Assembly (NCBI GenBank): GCA_021813685.1
Contig: JAKAJS010000238.1
Coordinates: 842-64,841 of the forward strand
Source: Deltaproteobacteria bacterium
GTDB lineage: Bacteria > Desulfobacterota > Syntrophobacteria > Syntrophobacterales > Syntrophobacteraceae
Length of the DNA: 64,000 nt
Direction of reading: 5' to 3'
The notes under the pieces are model-generated. The model was not told the DNA's origin and searched no databases. It saw only the letters and a program-made list of their open reading frames with translations. Shown here one piece after another: positions 7,710 to 17,194 of this stretch. Made by a program: the position numbers and the translations under genes. The stretch's first letter is position 1, and each line of letters opens with the position of its first letter.

Positions 7710-8705
7710 ATGAGGCGCACATTTTTCCTGGTCTTTGCAGTGCTGCTGCTGTTTCCGTTCCGTTCGACGGCGAGTTCGTTTACGCAAATGGTGGTATTCG
7801 GAGACAGTCTCTCCGACACCGGAAACCTCTACATCGCCACTGGCGGCACCCCGGCGCCGCCCGGGTACAGCTCGGGGCTTTTTACTGACGGCCCCAACAG
7901 CTATCCTTCCACCACCAGCCCGCTGGGTGTGTGGGACCAGCAGCTTTCAGGGATGCTCGGCTTGCCTTCCCCGACGCCCTATCTTACCGGCGGTACGAAC
8001 TACGCGTACGGCGGGGCTCTTACGGAGACTCCCACCGGTTCGAATATACCGGGTGTTGTGCAGCAGGTTGGCATCTATCTCGGCTCTCATACGCCTTCCA
8101 GTAGCGCCCTCTACACGGTTTGGGCCGGCGCAAACGACTTGTTCGCCTCCCCGACTGCATTGACCGCACAGACTGCGGTGAGCAATCTCCAAAGCAGTAT
8201 CAATGCTCTGTACGCCGCCGGCGCCCGCAATTTTCTGTGGTTGAATATGCCGCCGCTCGGAAGCACCCCCGACTTCCTGAATAATACCGTGTACAGCACA
8301 ATTTTCAATAATGTCTCCCAGTTGTACAATGCCGATTGGCGTCAGGCGATCAGTTCGTTGTACAAGACTGACCCCGGCATCCGCATCACTGGGGTCAATA
8401 TTTACGGTCTGGACGAATCCATCCTGGCCGACCCCGCCGCGTATGGTTTTACGGATGTTACCGATCCCGCGCAGGGGTTGAGCGGGGTGAATCCCAACGA
8501 GTATGCGTTTTGGGATGGCGTTCATCCCACTACCGAAGGGCACTACTGGATTGCAAGGACAGCTTACCAGGATCTGGTGCCCGAACCTCCCACGGTCCTG
8601 CTTTTTGGCATTTGTCTTCTTGCTGCCGTACTCTGGATGGGCCTTGTGAGCAGGAAAAGGTCCTTCTTGTGCAATATGCGACGAAGCGGAAAGGGTGTGG
8701 CCTGA
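7710..8705 (+). CDS. Secreted SGNH/GDSL lipase-acylhydrolase with C-terminal PEP-CTERM-like sorting signal
   Basis: Signal peptide 'MRRTFFLVFAVLLLFPFRSTA'. Block I 'VVFGDSLSDTGN'. Block V 'WDGVHPT'. C-terminus 'VPEPPTVLLFGICLLAAVLWMGLVSRKR'. RBS AGGAGAGG. Confidence 0.85.
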   Translation: MRRTFFLVFAVLLLFPFRSTASSFTQMVVFGDSLSDTGNLYIATGGTPAPPGYSSGLFTDGPNSYPSTTSPLGVWDQQLSGMLGLPSPTPYLTGGTNYAYGGALTETPTGSNIPGVVQQVGIYLGSHTPSSSALYTVWAGANDLFASPTALTAQTAVSNLQSSINALYAAGARNFLWLNMPPLGSTPDFLNNTVYSTIFNNVSQLYNADWRQAISSLYKTDPGIRITGVNIYGLDESILADPAAYGFTDVTDPAQGLSGVNPNEYAFWDGVHPTTEGHYWIARTAYQDLVPEPPTVLLFGICLLAAVLWMGLVSRKRSFLCNMRRSGKGVA

Positions 8706-9048
8706 GTTCGAAGAGTGCTCGCATCCAGACGCGAACCGGCAACGGCGCCAGTTTCCCGGGATCCCTTTCGAAGGCTGTCGTCTGCACCCATTCCGGCAGC
8801 ACTGGCGCCCGTGCCCCCCTGGTCTTCAATTCAATTGAAAACTGGTGAAGCAGGCTCAACAGTTTGTCGATCGGAACTTTGTGCAATCGCCCTTTGTGCT
8901 TTCGCTCCGCTGCCCGAAATCTCCTTGACAGCTCCAAACGCCGGTGCTAGTCGTAACGTTTCTACAAAATTCACCCTTAATCAACGTCGGGGCGGACGAA
9001 AGCCGGCCCCAAAACAGGTACAACACTGCGACATGAAGGAGACGTCCC

Positions 9049-10185
9049 ATGTTGAAGAAGCTGATTTTTATCCTGGCGCTGATTGTCAGCCCCCTGGCGG
9101 CCGCACACGCCCAGGGCGTGGTCACGGTAGGCGTGCTGGCTCCTCTCAGCGGCTTTGCGGCTGCCGACGGACACAGCGCGCTTACCAGCATCAAACTTGC
9201 CGCAAAGGCCATCAACGCACACGGAGGGCTGTTGGGTAAGCAGGTGGAACTCAAAGTCTACGACGATCAGGCGGACCCCAAGCAGGCGGTCGGATTCGCC
9301 CGGCGTCTGGTGGAGCAGGATCATGTCAGCTTCGTAATCGGCGCCTCTTACAGCGGGGCGACTCTTGCCGCAGCGCCCATCCTGAACGAAGCTCACGTGC
9401 CCATGATAGTGGCTTACGCCGTAGCGCCCGATATCACCAAAGGACACCCCTATGTGTTCGGCGTGGGGCTCACGGGGCCGGTGGAAGGCCGGGTGGGGGC
9501 CTATCTGGCGCAAAAGCTGGGCGCCCGAAACATTGCGATGATCAACCTCAAAAACGACTTCGGCCAGGCCCTGGAGCAGGGGTTTACGAGCGAAGCCGCG
9601 AAGCTGCACCTGAAAGTCGTTTTCAGCGAGGACTATCCGCTGGGCAACCAGAATTTCACCCCGATGCTCGTGCGCCTCAAAGGCACGCACCCTCAGGCGA
9701 TCTATGCGAGCGGCTACTATTCGGATGCGGCCAATCTGGTGCGGCAGGCGAAGGCCCTTGGCATCCACGCAACCATTATCGGCCAGGACGGCTACGATTC
9801 GCCCAAGTTTATCGACCTGGCGGGCGGGGCTGCCGACGGGGTCTATATCACCACGCAGTTGAACCGGGACAGCAAGCGGGCCGACGTCGTGCAGTTTCTC
9901 AAAGACTACAAGGCTGCCGCCGGAGAACCGGCGGACATGGTGGGCGCCTCCGGCTATGCGGCCATGGAAGTGATGGCCTCGGCGGTCAAAAAGGCGGGTT
10001 CGCTCAAAGGCGATGCGGTGCGCAAGGCTCTTTCGGGCATGAAGAATGTCGATACGGTTGCCGGGCGCATCTATTCCTGGAACGCCAATGGAAACCCTGT
10101 CAAGACCGCGACGGTGCAGGTAGTCAAGAAGGGCGCTTTTCACCTGTATAAAGACGTTACGGACAGAAAGCTGCTCACGCCGTAA
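9049..10185 (+). CDS. ABC transporter substrate-binding protein, branched-chain amino acid (LivK/LivJ) family
   Basis: 378 aa. Signal peptide 'MLKKLIFILALIVSPLAAAHA'. Type I periplasmic binding-protein pattern 'VTVGVLAPLSG..A..G'. First gene of the liv-type operon. Confidence 0.9.
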   Translation: MLKKLIFILALIVSPLAAAHAQGVVTVGVLAPLSGFAAADGHSALTSIKLAAKAINAHGGLLGKQVELKVYDDQADPKQAVGFARRLVEQDHVSFVIGASYSGATLAAAPILNEAHVPMIVAYAVAPDITKGHPYVFGVGLTGPVEGRVGAYLAQKLGARNIAMINLKNDFGQALEQGFTSEAAKLHLKVVFSEDYPLGNQNFTPMLVRLKGTHPQAIYASGYYSDAANLVRQAKALGIHATIIGQDGYDSPKFIDLAGGAADGVYITTQLNRDSKRADVVQFLKDYKAAAGEPADMVGASGYAAMEVMASAVKKAGSLKGDAVRKALSGMKNVDTVAGRIYSWNANGNPVKTATVQVVKKGAFHLYKDVTDRKLLTP

Positions 10186-11051
10186 TGGACTGGTCCGTAT
10201 TCGGGTATCTGGCTCTCGAGGGTCTGGTCGTCGGCAGCATTTACGCGCTGATGGCGCTGGGGTTGACGCTGGTCTACGGGCTTTTGCGCGTTCTGCACGT
10301 GGCCCATGCCGGCGTCTATGCCGTGGGCGCCTACTGCGGGTGGCTCGCCTTCGTCCTGACCCACAGCCTGGTGCTGGCCCTCGTGGCGGGTGCTGCGGGG
10401 GCTGTGGTGCTGGGGGTGTTTCTGGATGTGTGGTTCTACCGGCCGCTTGCGGGAAAACCCCCGCTCATTCCCCTGATCGGCTCGATCGGCCTGTTTCTGG
10501 CTGCGGGGGATCTTTTGCGCATCGCCTTCGGGCCGTACCAGCACAGCTTCCCGGCGCTTAGCGACTCTCCCGTGGCGAGCCTGCACGGAGTTTCCATCAC
10601 CGCCTCTCAGGTCTTTACGCTTGCAGCCACCGGTGTGCTCCTTGTGGCCGTCTACCGGGTGAGCAGCCGCACGCGCCTGGGCCTTGCCTGGCGCGCCATC
10701 GCCCAGGACCGCGAGGTTGCTTCGTCCATGGGGATCGACATTCCCCGCCACACGGCCCTGGCGTTTGCGCTGGCCTCGGCCCTGGCGGGCATCGCGGGCG
10801 TCATCGTGGGCATCTACTACAACCAGATTGCCCCCACCATGGGAAGCGAGCCCGCCTACAAGACCCTTGCCATCGTCGTTTTGGGGGGGCTCGGAAACCT
10901 GTGGGGCACGGTTGCCGCCGGGTTGCTCCTGGGGGTGATCGAGTCGGTTTCCGCGGCCTATGCCGGAAATTATTTCCCGCCCGAGGCGGTAGCGTTCATA
11001 GCACTCATTCTCGTACTGCTCTTCCGCCCCCAGGGTCTTTTCGGGAGATAG
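10185..11051 (+). CDS. livH: Branched-chain amino acid ABC transporter permease (LivH family)
   Basis: 288-aa polytopic protein. 'GLTLVYGLLRVLHVAHAGVY' is typical of LivH. Its start overlaps the livK-like stop. Confidence 0.9.
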   Translation: MDWSVFGYLALEGLVVGSIYALMALGLTLVYGLLRVLHVAHAGVYAVGAYCGWLAFVLTHSLVLALVAGAAGAVVLGVFLDVWFYRPLAGKPPLIPLIGSIGLFLAAGDLLRIAFGPYQHSFPALSDSPVASLHGVSITASQVFTLAATGVLLVAVYRVSSRTRLGLAWRAIAQDREVASSMGIDIPRHTALAFALASALAGIAGVIVGIYYNQIAPTMGSEPAYKTLAIVVLGGLGNLWGTVAAGLLLGVIESVSAAYAGNYFPPEAVAFIALILVLLFRPQGLFGR

Positions 11052-11052
11052 C

Positions 11053-11865
11053 GTGTATTACCTGACGCTTGCGACTCTTTTGCTCATCTACGCGACCCTG
11101 GCGCTCAGCCTCAATCTGATCACGGGGCTTGCCGGGCAGGTGACGCTCGGCCACGCGGCTTTTTTCGGCATCGGCGCCTATGTGCTGGCTTTTCTACTCG
11201 CCCATGGCGTGAACTTCTGGATCGCCTTGCCGAGTGCGGGCCTTGCCGCAGGCATTACGGGTCTTGCGCTGGGGGCCGTCAGCCTGCGGCTGCGCGAGGA
11301 TTTCCTCGCCATCGCCACCATAGGCATCAATTTCGTCGTGGTCGCACTCTTTCTCTACCTTCCCTTTTTCGGCGGCGCCTTCGGGATGAGCGGTATCGCC
11401 GGGCCCTTTCGCGAATCGGGAACGCTCCTCACCGCGGCAGCTCTTTTCGGCCTGGTCGTGTGGCTCCACGAAGCGGTGCGCGCTTCCGATCTGGGGCTTG
11501 CGCTGATCGCCTTGCGCGAGTCCGAAGAGGCGGCCGAAGCGCTGGGTGTTAACGTCAAACGCTTCAAGGTGACCGTGTTTTCGCTCGGCACCGCGGTCGC
11601 AGGACTCGCCGGCGGCCTCTACGCCGCCTATGTGGGCGTGATCCACCCCCATGACTTCGGGTTTCCTCTCTCGGTGACCCTCTTGGCGATGGTCGCCATC
11701 GGGGGCATGGGCACCCTGTGGGGGCCCATCCTGGGCGCGATAGTTCTGGGCGGGTTCGCCCAGGCCTTCGCCTTCATCCACAACTACGAACTGGTGCTGT
11801 TCGGTCTGCTCCTGGCACTCGTCATGCGCTACCGGCCCCAGGGGCTTTTGGGCAGGCGCCTATGA
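11053..11865 (+). CDS. livM: Branched-chain amino acid ABC transporter permease (LivM family)
   Basis: 270-aa polytopic protein with a GTG start. 'LNLITGLAGQVTLGHAAFFGIGAY' is typical of LivM. Confidence 0.88.
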   Translation: MYYLTLATLLLIYATLALSLNLITGLAGQVTLGHAAFFGIGAYVLAFLLAHGVNFWIALPSAGLAAGITGLALGAVSLRLREDFLAIATIGINFVVVALFLYLPFFGGAFGMSGIAGPFRESGTLLTAAALFGLVVWLHEAVRASDLGLALIALRESEEAAEALGVNVKRFKVTVFSLGTAVAGLAGGLYAAYVGVIHPHDFGFPLSVTLLAMVAIGGMGTLWGPILGAIVLGGFAQAFAFIHNYELVLFGLLLALVMRYRPQGLLGRRL

Positions 11866-12608
11866 GCGGTCTTCAGGTCGAAGGACTCACCAAAACTTTC
11901 GGAGGCCTGGTTGCCGTGGCCGGAGTCTCTCTTGTCGCCGAGCACGGCAGTGTGCTCGGGCTCTTTGGCCCCAACGGCGCCGGCAAGACCACTCTTTTCA
12001 ATCTCATCTCCGGCGCGCTGCGGCCGGACGGCGGGCGGGTTTTGCTCGACGGGTCCGACATCACGCACCTGCCTGCCCATAAGCGCGCACAGCGCGGACT
12101 CGCCCGCACTTTCCAGATCGTAAAACCCCTGAACGAGCTGAGTGTCATGGAAAACATCATGGTGCCGCTCGCCCGCGAGAGTTTGCGCAGGCTGCTGCCC
12201 CTCGGGCGCTATCGGACCCGCGCGCGCGAAGAGCAGGCGAGGGTTCTTCTGGAACGGGTCGGATTGCAGACCCATGCCCTTTCCCCCGCCGGTGCCCTGC
12301 CTCTGGGCATGAAAAAGAGGCTCGAGGTGGCGCGGGCGCTGGCGCTAAAACCCGAAGTGCTCCTTCTCGACGAACCCCTCGCGGGCCTATCGCTCAAGGA
12401 CGCCCAGCTGGTGCTCGAGGTGGTGAGCGCCGCCCGGGAGGAGGCGGCGGTCGTTTTGATCGAACACAACGTGCGGCTGGCCATGGCCGCCTGCGACCAT
12501 GCCGTCGTCATGGAGGCGGGTGCCGTCATCGCCTCCGGGGCGCCGGAGGCGGTAAAGCGTGATCAAAGAGTCATTGAGGCCTATCTGGGGGAAAGCTTCC
12601 ATGCTTGA
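11862..12608 (+). CDS. livG: ABC transporter ATP-binding protein (LivG family)
   Basis: ATG at 11862 overlaps the livM stop (ATGA). Walker A 'GPNGAGKTT'. Signature-like 'LPLGMKKRLEVARAL'. Walker B 'LLLDEP'. The longer ORF-track start at 11718 lies inside livM. Confidence 0.9.
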   Translation: MSGLQVEGLTKTFGGLVAVAGVSLVAEHGSVLGLFGPNGAGKTTLFNLISGALRPDGGRVLLDGSDITHLPAHKRAQRGLARTFQIVKPLNELSVMENIMVPLARESLRRLLPLGRYRTRAREEQARVLLERVGLQTHALSPAGALPLGMKKRLEVARALALKPEVLLLDEPLAGLSLKDAQLVLEVVSAAREEAAVVLIEHNVRLAMAACDHAVVMEAGAVIASGAPEAVKRDQRVIEAYLGESFHA

Positions 12609-13296
12609 AATACGAGGGCTTACGGTGCGCTACGGCCAGGCCGTGGCCGTAACGGACGTGTCGCTGGAAGTAAACAAAGGCGAGTGGGTGGCGCTCATCG
12701 GCCCGAATGGTGCGGGCAAAACCAGCACCATCAAGGCCGTCCTGGGTCTGGTCTCGCACGAGGGACACATCGTGCTGGAAGGCGAAGTGCTCGACGGCCT
12801 GCCGGCCTGGGCGCGTCAGAGCCGAGGTCTGGGCTATGTGCCCGAAGGCCGCAGACTCTTTGCAGAGATGAGCGTGGAAGAAAACCTGCGTGTGGGTGCT
12901 TACCGAGTCCCGGAACGGCGCGTGCGGGAAAACCTCTCAAGAATCTACGAGATGTTTCCTGTGGTCGGGGAAAAACGGCGCCGGCCGGCCAAAAACCTTT
13001 CCGGAGGCGAACAGCAACTGGTGGCGCTCGGCCGGGCGCTCATGAGCGATCCGCGCTATCTGCTCGTAGACGAAGCATCCCTTGGCCTCATGCCTTTAAA
13101 CGTCGAAGCCGTGTTCCAGGCGCTCGCGGCGATCCACCGCCAGGGCAGCGCCATCCTGCTCGTCGAACAAAACGCGCACAAAGCCCTCGAACACGCCGAG
13201 CGCGCCTGCGTGCTCGAAGTCGGCCGCCTCCAGTTCTCAGGAAGTTCCGAAGAAATCCGAAACGACCCCCGCGTAATCGAAAGCTATCTTGGTTAG
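12601..13296 (+). CDS. livF: ABC transporter ATP-binding protein (LivF family)
   Basis: ATG at 12601 overlaps the livG stop. Walker A 'GPNGAGKTS'. Signature 'LSGGEQQ'. Walker B 'LLVDEAS'. Confidence 0.9.
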   Translation: MLEIRGLTVRYGQAVAVTDVSLEVNKGEWVALIGPNGAGKTSTIKAVLGLVSHEGHIVLEGEVLDGLPAWARQSRGLGYVPEGRRLFAEMSVEENLRVGAYRVPERRVRENLSRIYEMFPVVGEKRRRPAKNLSGGEQQLVALGRALMSDPRYLLVDEASLGLMPLNVEAVFQALAAIHRQGSAILLVEQNAHKALEHAERACVLEVGRLQFSGSSEEIRNDPRVIESYLG

Positions 13297-13317
13297 TTTG
13301 AAAAGCGGAAAAACTTT

Positions 13318-13368
13318 AAGAGCGCGGGGGCTTGCGCCCCCTGCACCCCCACGCCGCTACGCGGCTCA
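13318..13368 (+). terminator. Copy 2 of the GC-rich double-hairpin repeat, between convergent livF and htrA (terminator-like)
   Basis: 'AAGAGCGCGGGGGCTTGCGCCCCCTGCACCCCCACGCCGCTACGCGGCTCA' is followed by 'GATTTGAAAAAA'. It starts 22 nt after the livF stop. Confidence 0.6.
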
Positions 13369-13426
13369 GATTTGAAAAAATGCACCCTCTCTTAAGTTGG
13401 CACCCTTGGGCCGCATTTCCCTCGGT

Positions 13427-14869
13427 CTACTTTCCGGACCTCTGCATGGCCACAAAGAAAGTATTGGCGCCCCTCCGGACTAGCAGAAGCAGGGGTTGAC
13501 CCTTTTTCATTTTTTGTGTGGCCAGTTCCCAGTCTTTTATATTTTTGACCGTCCTATGGTTTGCCTGCTCGATCACGTCTCCCGTGCGGAGCATGCCCTC
13601 CGATGCCGGACTGCCTTCCGCAATCGAGGTGATGACCACTCCGGTTTCCCCCGCGCTCAGGCCGAACTTCTGTCTGGTCTCGGGGGTAAGATTTTGAACC
13701 GTTACGCCCCAGGCGCTTTTTGTTTCAGGGGCCAAAGCCTCCGTCTGCCCAAGTTTTGCCGGCATGGTCCCCAGGGTTACTTCGACAGTGGACGGTTTGC
13801 CGTTGCGGATAATCGCAAGGCTCACCTTTGTTCCGGGCTTCATATAAGCAACGGTGCGCGAAAGCTCTCCGGCGTTCAACACCTGCTTGCCGTTAAGCTT
13901 CTGGATGATATCGCCTCTTTTGATGCCGGCTTTTTCCCCGGGTCCCTTGGAAACAACGTCGGCTACGATGACCCCCTTGGTTTCCGTAATGCCGAAAGAC
14001 CGTGCGAGCGTCGGGGTGATGTTTTGGATCATGACTCCGATCCATGCCCTGATGACCTTGCCGGTCTTCAATTGAGGCAGAAGTTCCTTGGCCATATTGA
14101 TCGGTATGGCAAAGCCGATCCCAAACCCCTTGGCAATGATGGCGGTATTGATACCGATCACTTCGCCCTGCATATTGAAAAGTGGCCCGCCACTGTTGCC
14201 CGGGTTGATCGCCGCATCGGTCTGTAGGAAATCGTCATAGGGGCCTTCGCCAATGACGCGACCTTTTGCGCTGATTATGCCCGCAGTGACGGTGTGGCTA
14301 AGCCCGAAAGGATTCCCGACGGCTATGACCCAGTCACCGACACGCATCTTGGCCGAATCTCCAAGCTTTACCGGAGCAGGCAGTTGTCCGTTCGGTTTTA
14401 TCTTGAGCAGAGCGAGATCGGTCTTTGGGTCTCGCCCGACGATTTTGGCCTTGTACACGTTGCCATTTATGGTTTTGACTATGATTTTTGTGGCATGATC
14501 GACCACATGGTTGTTGGTGAGAATGAGCCCGCTGCGGCTGATCAGAAAACCGGACCCGAGGGCATGGGTTTCCACCTGCCCTTGCGGGATTTTGCCGAAG
14601 AAATTTTTGAACTGGTTGCCGAAAAACTGGCCAAAGGGCGAGTTGAAGCCTTGGAATTGTTGTATGGACTTTTCTTTGATCTTTTCGGTGGTGGAGATGT
14701 TTACTACCGAGCCTTTGACCTTCTGGACCAGCTTTGAAAACGATACGGGTGGCCCCATGGCTTCCGCACTTTTCGCGTACTGACCGCAAAGAAGAGACAT
14801 GGACCAGAACATGACTGCAAAGCAGGCGATTCTTACGATGGTTGGGGAGTCTATTTTACGACTTGTCAT
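13427..14869 (-). CDS. htrA: Periplasmic serine endoprotease HtrA/DegP/DegQ family (trypsin domain plus 2 PDZ)
   Basis: 480 aa with a signal/anchor segment. Catalytic 'TNNHVV', 'DLALLK' and 'GNSGGPL'. Two PDZ-like segments ('GVIVADVVSKGPGEKAGIKRGDII', 'GVVITSIAEGSPASEGMLRTGDVI'). Confidence 0.93.
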   Translation of the reverse strand: MTSRKIDSPTIVRIACFAVMFWSMSLLCGQYAKSAEAMGPPVSFSKLVQKVKGSVVNISTTEKIKEKSIQQFQGFNSPFGQFFGNQFKNFFGKIPQGQVETHALGSGFLISRSGLILTNNHVVDHATKIIVKTINGNVYKAKIVGRDPKTDLALLKIKPNGQLPAPVKLGDSAKMRVGDWVIAVGNPFGLSHTVTAGIISAKGRVIGEGPYDDFLQTDAAINPGNSGGPLFNMQGEVIGINTAIIAKGFGIGFAIPINMAKELLPQLKTGKVIRAWIGVMIQNITPTLARSFGITETKGVIVADVVSKGPGEKAGIKRGDIIQKLNGKQVLNAGELSRTVAYMKPGTKVSLAIIRNGKPSTVEVTLGTMPAKLGQTEALAPETKSAWGVTVQNLTPETRQKFGLSAGETGVVITSIAEGSPASEGMLRTGDVIEQANHRTVKNIKDWELATQKMKKGQPLLLLVRRGANTFFVAMQRSGK

Positions 14870-14986
14870 TTTGGTTCCTTTCTGAGAGTCACCGGGCTGG
14901 TTTTCGCCCTCAACAGGCCTTCCGCGATAGAGCCGGATACAGGATATTCCAGTTCCACGCCGGCCGGCGCTTTTGACCCGGCATGC

Positions 14987-16150
14987 TTAGATCAGGTTTC
15001 TCAGGCACGGCTGCAGGTCCGTATTCCTCAACTTGCTCAACGCCTCATTTTGGATTTGTCGTATCCGTTCTTTCGAAAGCTTCAATTTCTTGCCGATCAT
15101 TTCAAGCGTTTCGACCGGGCCCCCGTCGAAGCCGAACCTCATTCGCAGGATTTTTTCCTCTCGCGGTTTGAGGGTGGAAAGGAGTTTGTGCATTATTTCA
15201 ACCAGTTCCCTGCTGTAGTATTCCTCCACGGGAGAAAGCGCATCCTCATCCTCCAGGGTCTCCTCCAGCCTGACTTCCGTTTCCCTGATGCGCGTTTCCA
15301 ACGATATGGGTTGAGCGGCAAGCATGAGAACCCTTTGCACCTCTTTTACCGGCACCTCGGCCCTCTCGGCTGTCTCCGCCGGAGTCGGCTCTCGACCAAA
15401 TTCCTTGAACAGTTCGTAGTAGCTTTTGAAGATACAATTTTTCAGCTCGATAAACCGGAGAGGCAGTCGAATCAGCCTGGCTTTGTCGTATATGCCCCGG
15501 ATGATACTTTGCCGTATCCACCAGGCGGCATACGTCGTGAACCGGTTGCCCCTGTTGTGGTCGAATCGCACTACGGCCCTGATGAGTCCGATATTGCCTT
15601 CCTGAACAAGATCGTCGAAGGTCATTCCGCGGCCCCTGTAAAGTCTTGCAATACAGAGAACCAGGCGAAGATTCCCTTGAATCAGCTCGTTTCGCGCCGA
15701 ATCAACTGCGTTCATGATCTCTCTGGTCCGTTCGAGGGATTGGCGGAAGAAAGGATTCTCCGGCTGTTCCCGAGTTGCACGCTCCAGAGTGCGCAGGATT
15801 ATCCTGGGCGCCTTTTCCCTCACCCCGGGAAATGCGTTCTCCAGCTTCAGAAGCTCTCGAACTTTTTGGCTCAGATCGGCAAAAACCTTGTTCCGTCCGG
15901 CATGTTTCTCAACGATACCAACCAATTCATTCCGGCCGTTTTCAATCGACTTTGCCAGTTCCAATTCCCGTTGCATCGTCATGCGCGGGGACTGTGAGAT
16001 CTGCCTGATATAAAACGCGGCTGTGTCCCGTTCAGACGTAATCTCCGACGGGACTGCTCCTCTCTGCCGCGAAAGCTTCAGAGAATCCATTTCGTCTCGT
16101 TGCTCTAAATCCAAATCTATCGTTTGCTTATCGAAGGTATGGGGCTTCAT
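14987..16150 (-). CDS. Sigma-70 family RNA polymerase sigma factor, RpoD/RpoS-like (regions 1.2, 2, 3, 4)
   Basis: Start ATG at 16150 ('MKPHTF', GGAG upstream). Region 2 'NLRLVLCIARLYRGRGMTFDDLVQEGNIGLIRAVVRFD..G.RFTTYAAWWIRQSI'. Region 4 'LSKERIRQIQNEALSKLR'. The ORF-track start at 16273 adds 41 unlikely codons. Confidence 0.88.
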   Translation of the reverse strand: MKPHTFDKQTIDLDLEQRDEMDSLKLSRQRGAVPSEITSERDTAAFYIRQISQSPRMTMQRELELAKSIENGRNELVGIVEKHAGRNKVFADLSQKVRELLKLENAFPGVREKAPRIILRTLERATREQPENPFFRQSLERTREIMNAVDSARNELIQGNLRLVLCIARLYRGRGMTFDDLVQEGNIGLIRAVVRFDHNRGNRFTTYAAWWIRQSIIRGIYDKARLIRLPLRFIELKNCIFKSYYELFKEFGREPTPAETAERAEVPVKEVQRVLMLAAQPISLETRIRETEVRLEETLEDEDALSPVEEYYSRELVEIMHKLLSTLKPREEKILRMRFGFDGGPVETLEMIGKKLKLSKERIRQIQNEALSKLRNTDLQPCLRNLI

Positions 16151-16281
16151 TTTTCCGTTCCACTCCAAACGGCCGCAAGGGCACCTGGCCGCCCATTGGC
16201 GGCGAAGTTCGTGAAAAGGCCGGAAGCAAAAATCAGCCGTTTGACTGAGAATGCCTCTCGCCCATTTGCACAATCATCTGT

Positions 16282-16611
16282 TTACAATGGATAGAGTGGA
16301 GGTGGGCCACGTTCGGACAGGTCGGATCGGGGATTAAACGCAGGCAGGGGCTCCGACACAAGCGGTATGCGCATGCGTTGCCAAATAGTGAAAACGATGC
16401 TGAACCGGCTCGTGCCCGATGTATCGAATACATCCGGCAGTTCGTCGCCGAATTTTAGCGTCTTTTGATCTTCTAAAGCCGTTAAAGCTCTGCTGTGAAT
16501 GGAAACGCCGGAGTTGGGACGCCAAATCCTGATGTGTAGAGAGACGATTATGATGCACAGCAATATCGTCGCCAGGGCGAACCTGGATCGCAGAGCCTTT
16601 TGCAGTTGCAT
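16282..16611 (-). CDS. Hypothetical single-pass membrane protein (~109 aa)
   Basis: ATG at 16611 gives 'MQLQKALRSRFALATILLCIIIVSLHI'. It lies directly upstream of the sigma factor on the same strand. No family recognised. Confidence 0.25.
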   Translation of the reverse strand: MQLQKALRSRFALATILLCIIIVSLHIRIWRPNSGVSIHSRALTALEDQKTLKFGDELPDVFDTSGTSRFSIVFTIWQRMRIPLVSEPLPAFNPRSDLSERGPPPLYPL

Positions 16612-16963
16612 TTTCCGCTTCCTGTGCTCCTCATCTGCGCTGTGATCTGGCCGGCGCAATTTCAAGATTGAAAAAGCATAGCACCCCTCAGGCAATCATG
16701 CAAACGATCTTTCAGAACCGCTCCACAGTCGGCTTTTTGGTTGAAAAAACCGCCCGTTGAGCCTTGTCGAGGAGTCTTGGTTTTGGCCATCATAATAAGC
16801 AAAATTTATAGGTAATAAAGAGGAGTAATGAAAGGGTGTAAATCATGGAAAGATCTTCATTGCCGTGGTTTGCAGGAGGAATCAGGTTGTTTTTAGCTTT
16901 TTGAGTTGTTATGCTCATACAAGCGTATATGTTTCCACATCGACCTATGGAAGGAGGCTTTGG

Positions 16964-17194
16964 ATGCGTGTAACCGTTCATATCCCGGATGACCTGGGAC
17001 CGAAATTGAAACTGGCTGCTAACAATGAAGGACTGTCCATTTCAGCTTTCACCGCCAAGGCACTGGAAAGCTACCTTGCACTAAGGAGAAAGAAAGCGGC
17101 GGGCAGCAGGCTCCTCGGCCTGATTCGCAGCGATTCCGTAACAACCGACGCGTGGGAGGAATTGGAGAGAGGTAGAATTGATGATCGGACTTGA
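16964..17194 (+). CDS. Ribbon-helix-helix (CopG/VapB-like) antitoxin
   Basis: ATG at 16964 follows GGAAGGAGG. 'MRVTVHIPDDLGPKLKLAANNEGLSISAFTAKALESYL' is RHH-like. It overlaps the downstream PIN gene by 14 nt. Confidence 0.75.
   Translation: MRVTVHIPDDLGPKLKLAANNEGLSISAFTAKALESYLALRRKKAAGSRLLGLIRSDSVTTDAWEELERGRIDDRT

Noticed and set aside
8037-8045. GGTTCGAAT, a T-arm-like motif that can flag tRNA genes.
   Set aside because: It lies inside the GDSL lipase reading frame. No acceptor, D or anticodon stems can be drawn around it. No tRNA was found anywhere in the window by eye.
8977-10143. 388-aa minus-strand ORF.
   Set aside because: It is antisense to the LivK-like binding protein gene. 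The composition is Arg/Gly/His-rich, with no motifs and no RBS context.
15050-15997. 315-aa plus-strand ORF.
   Set aside because: It is antisense to the sigma-70 family gene, whose regions 2 and 4 are unambiguous.
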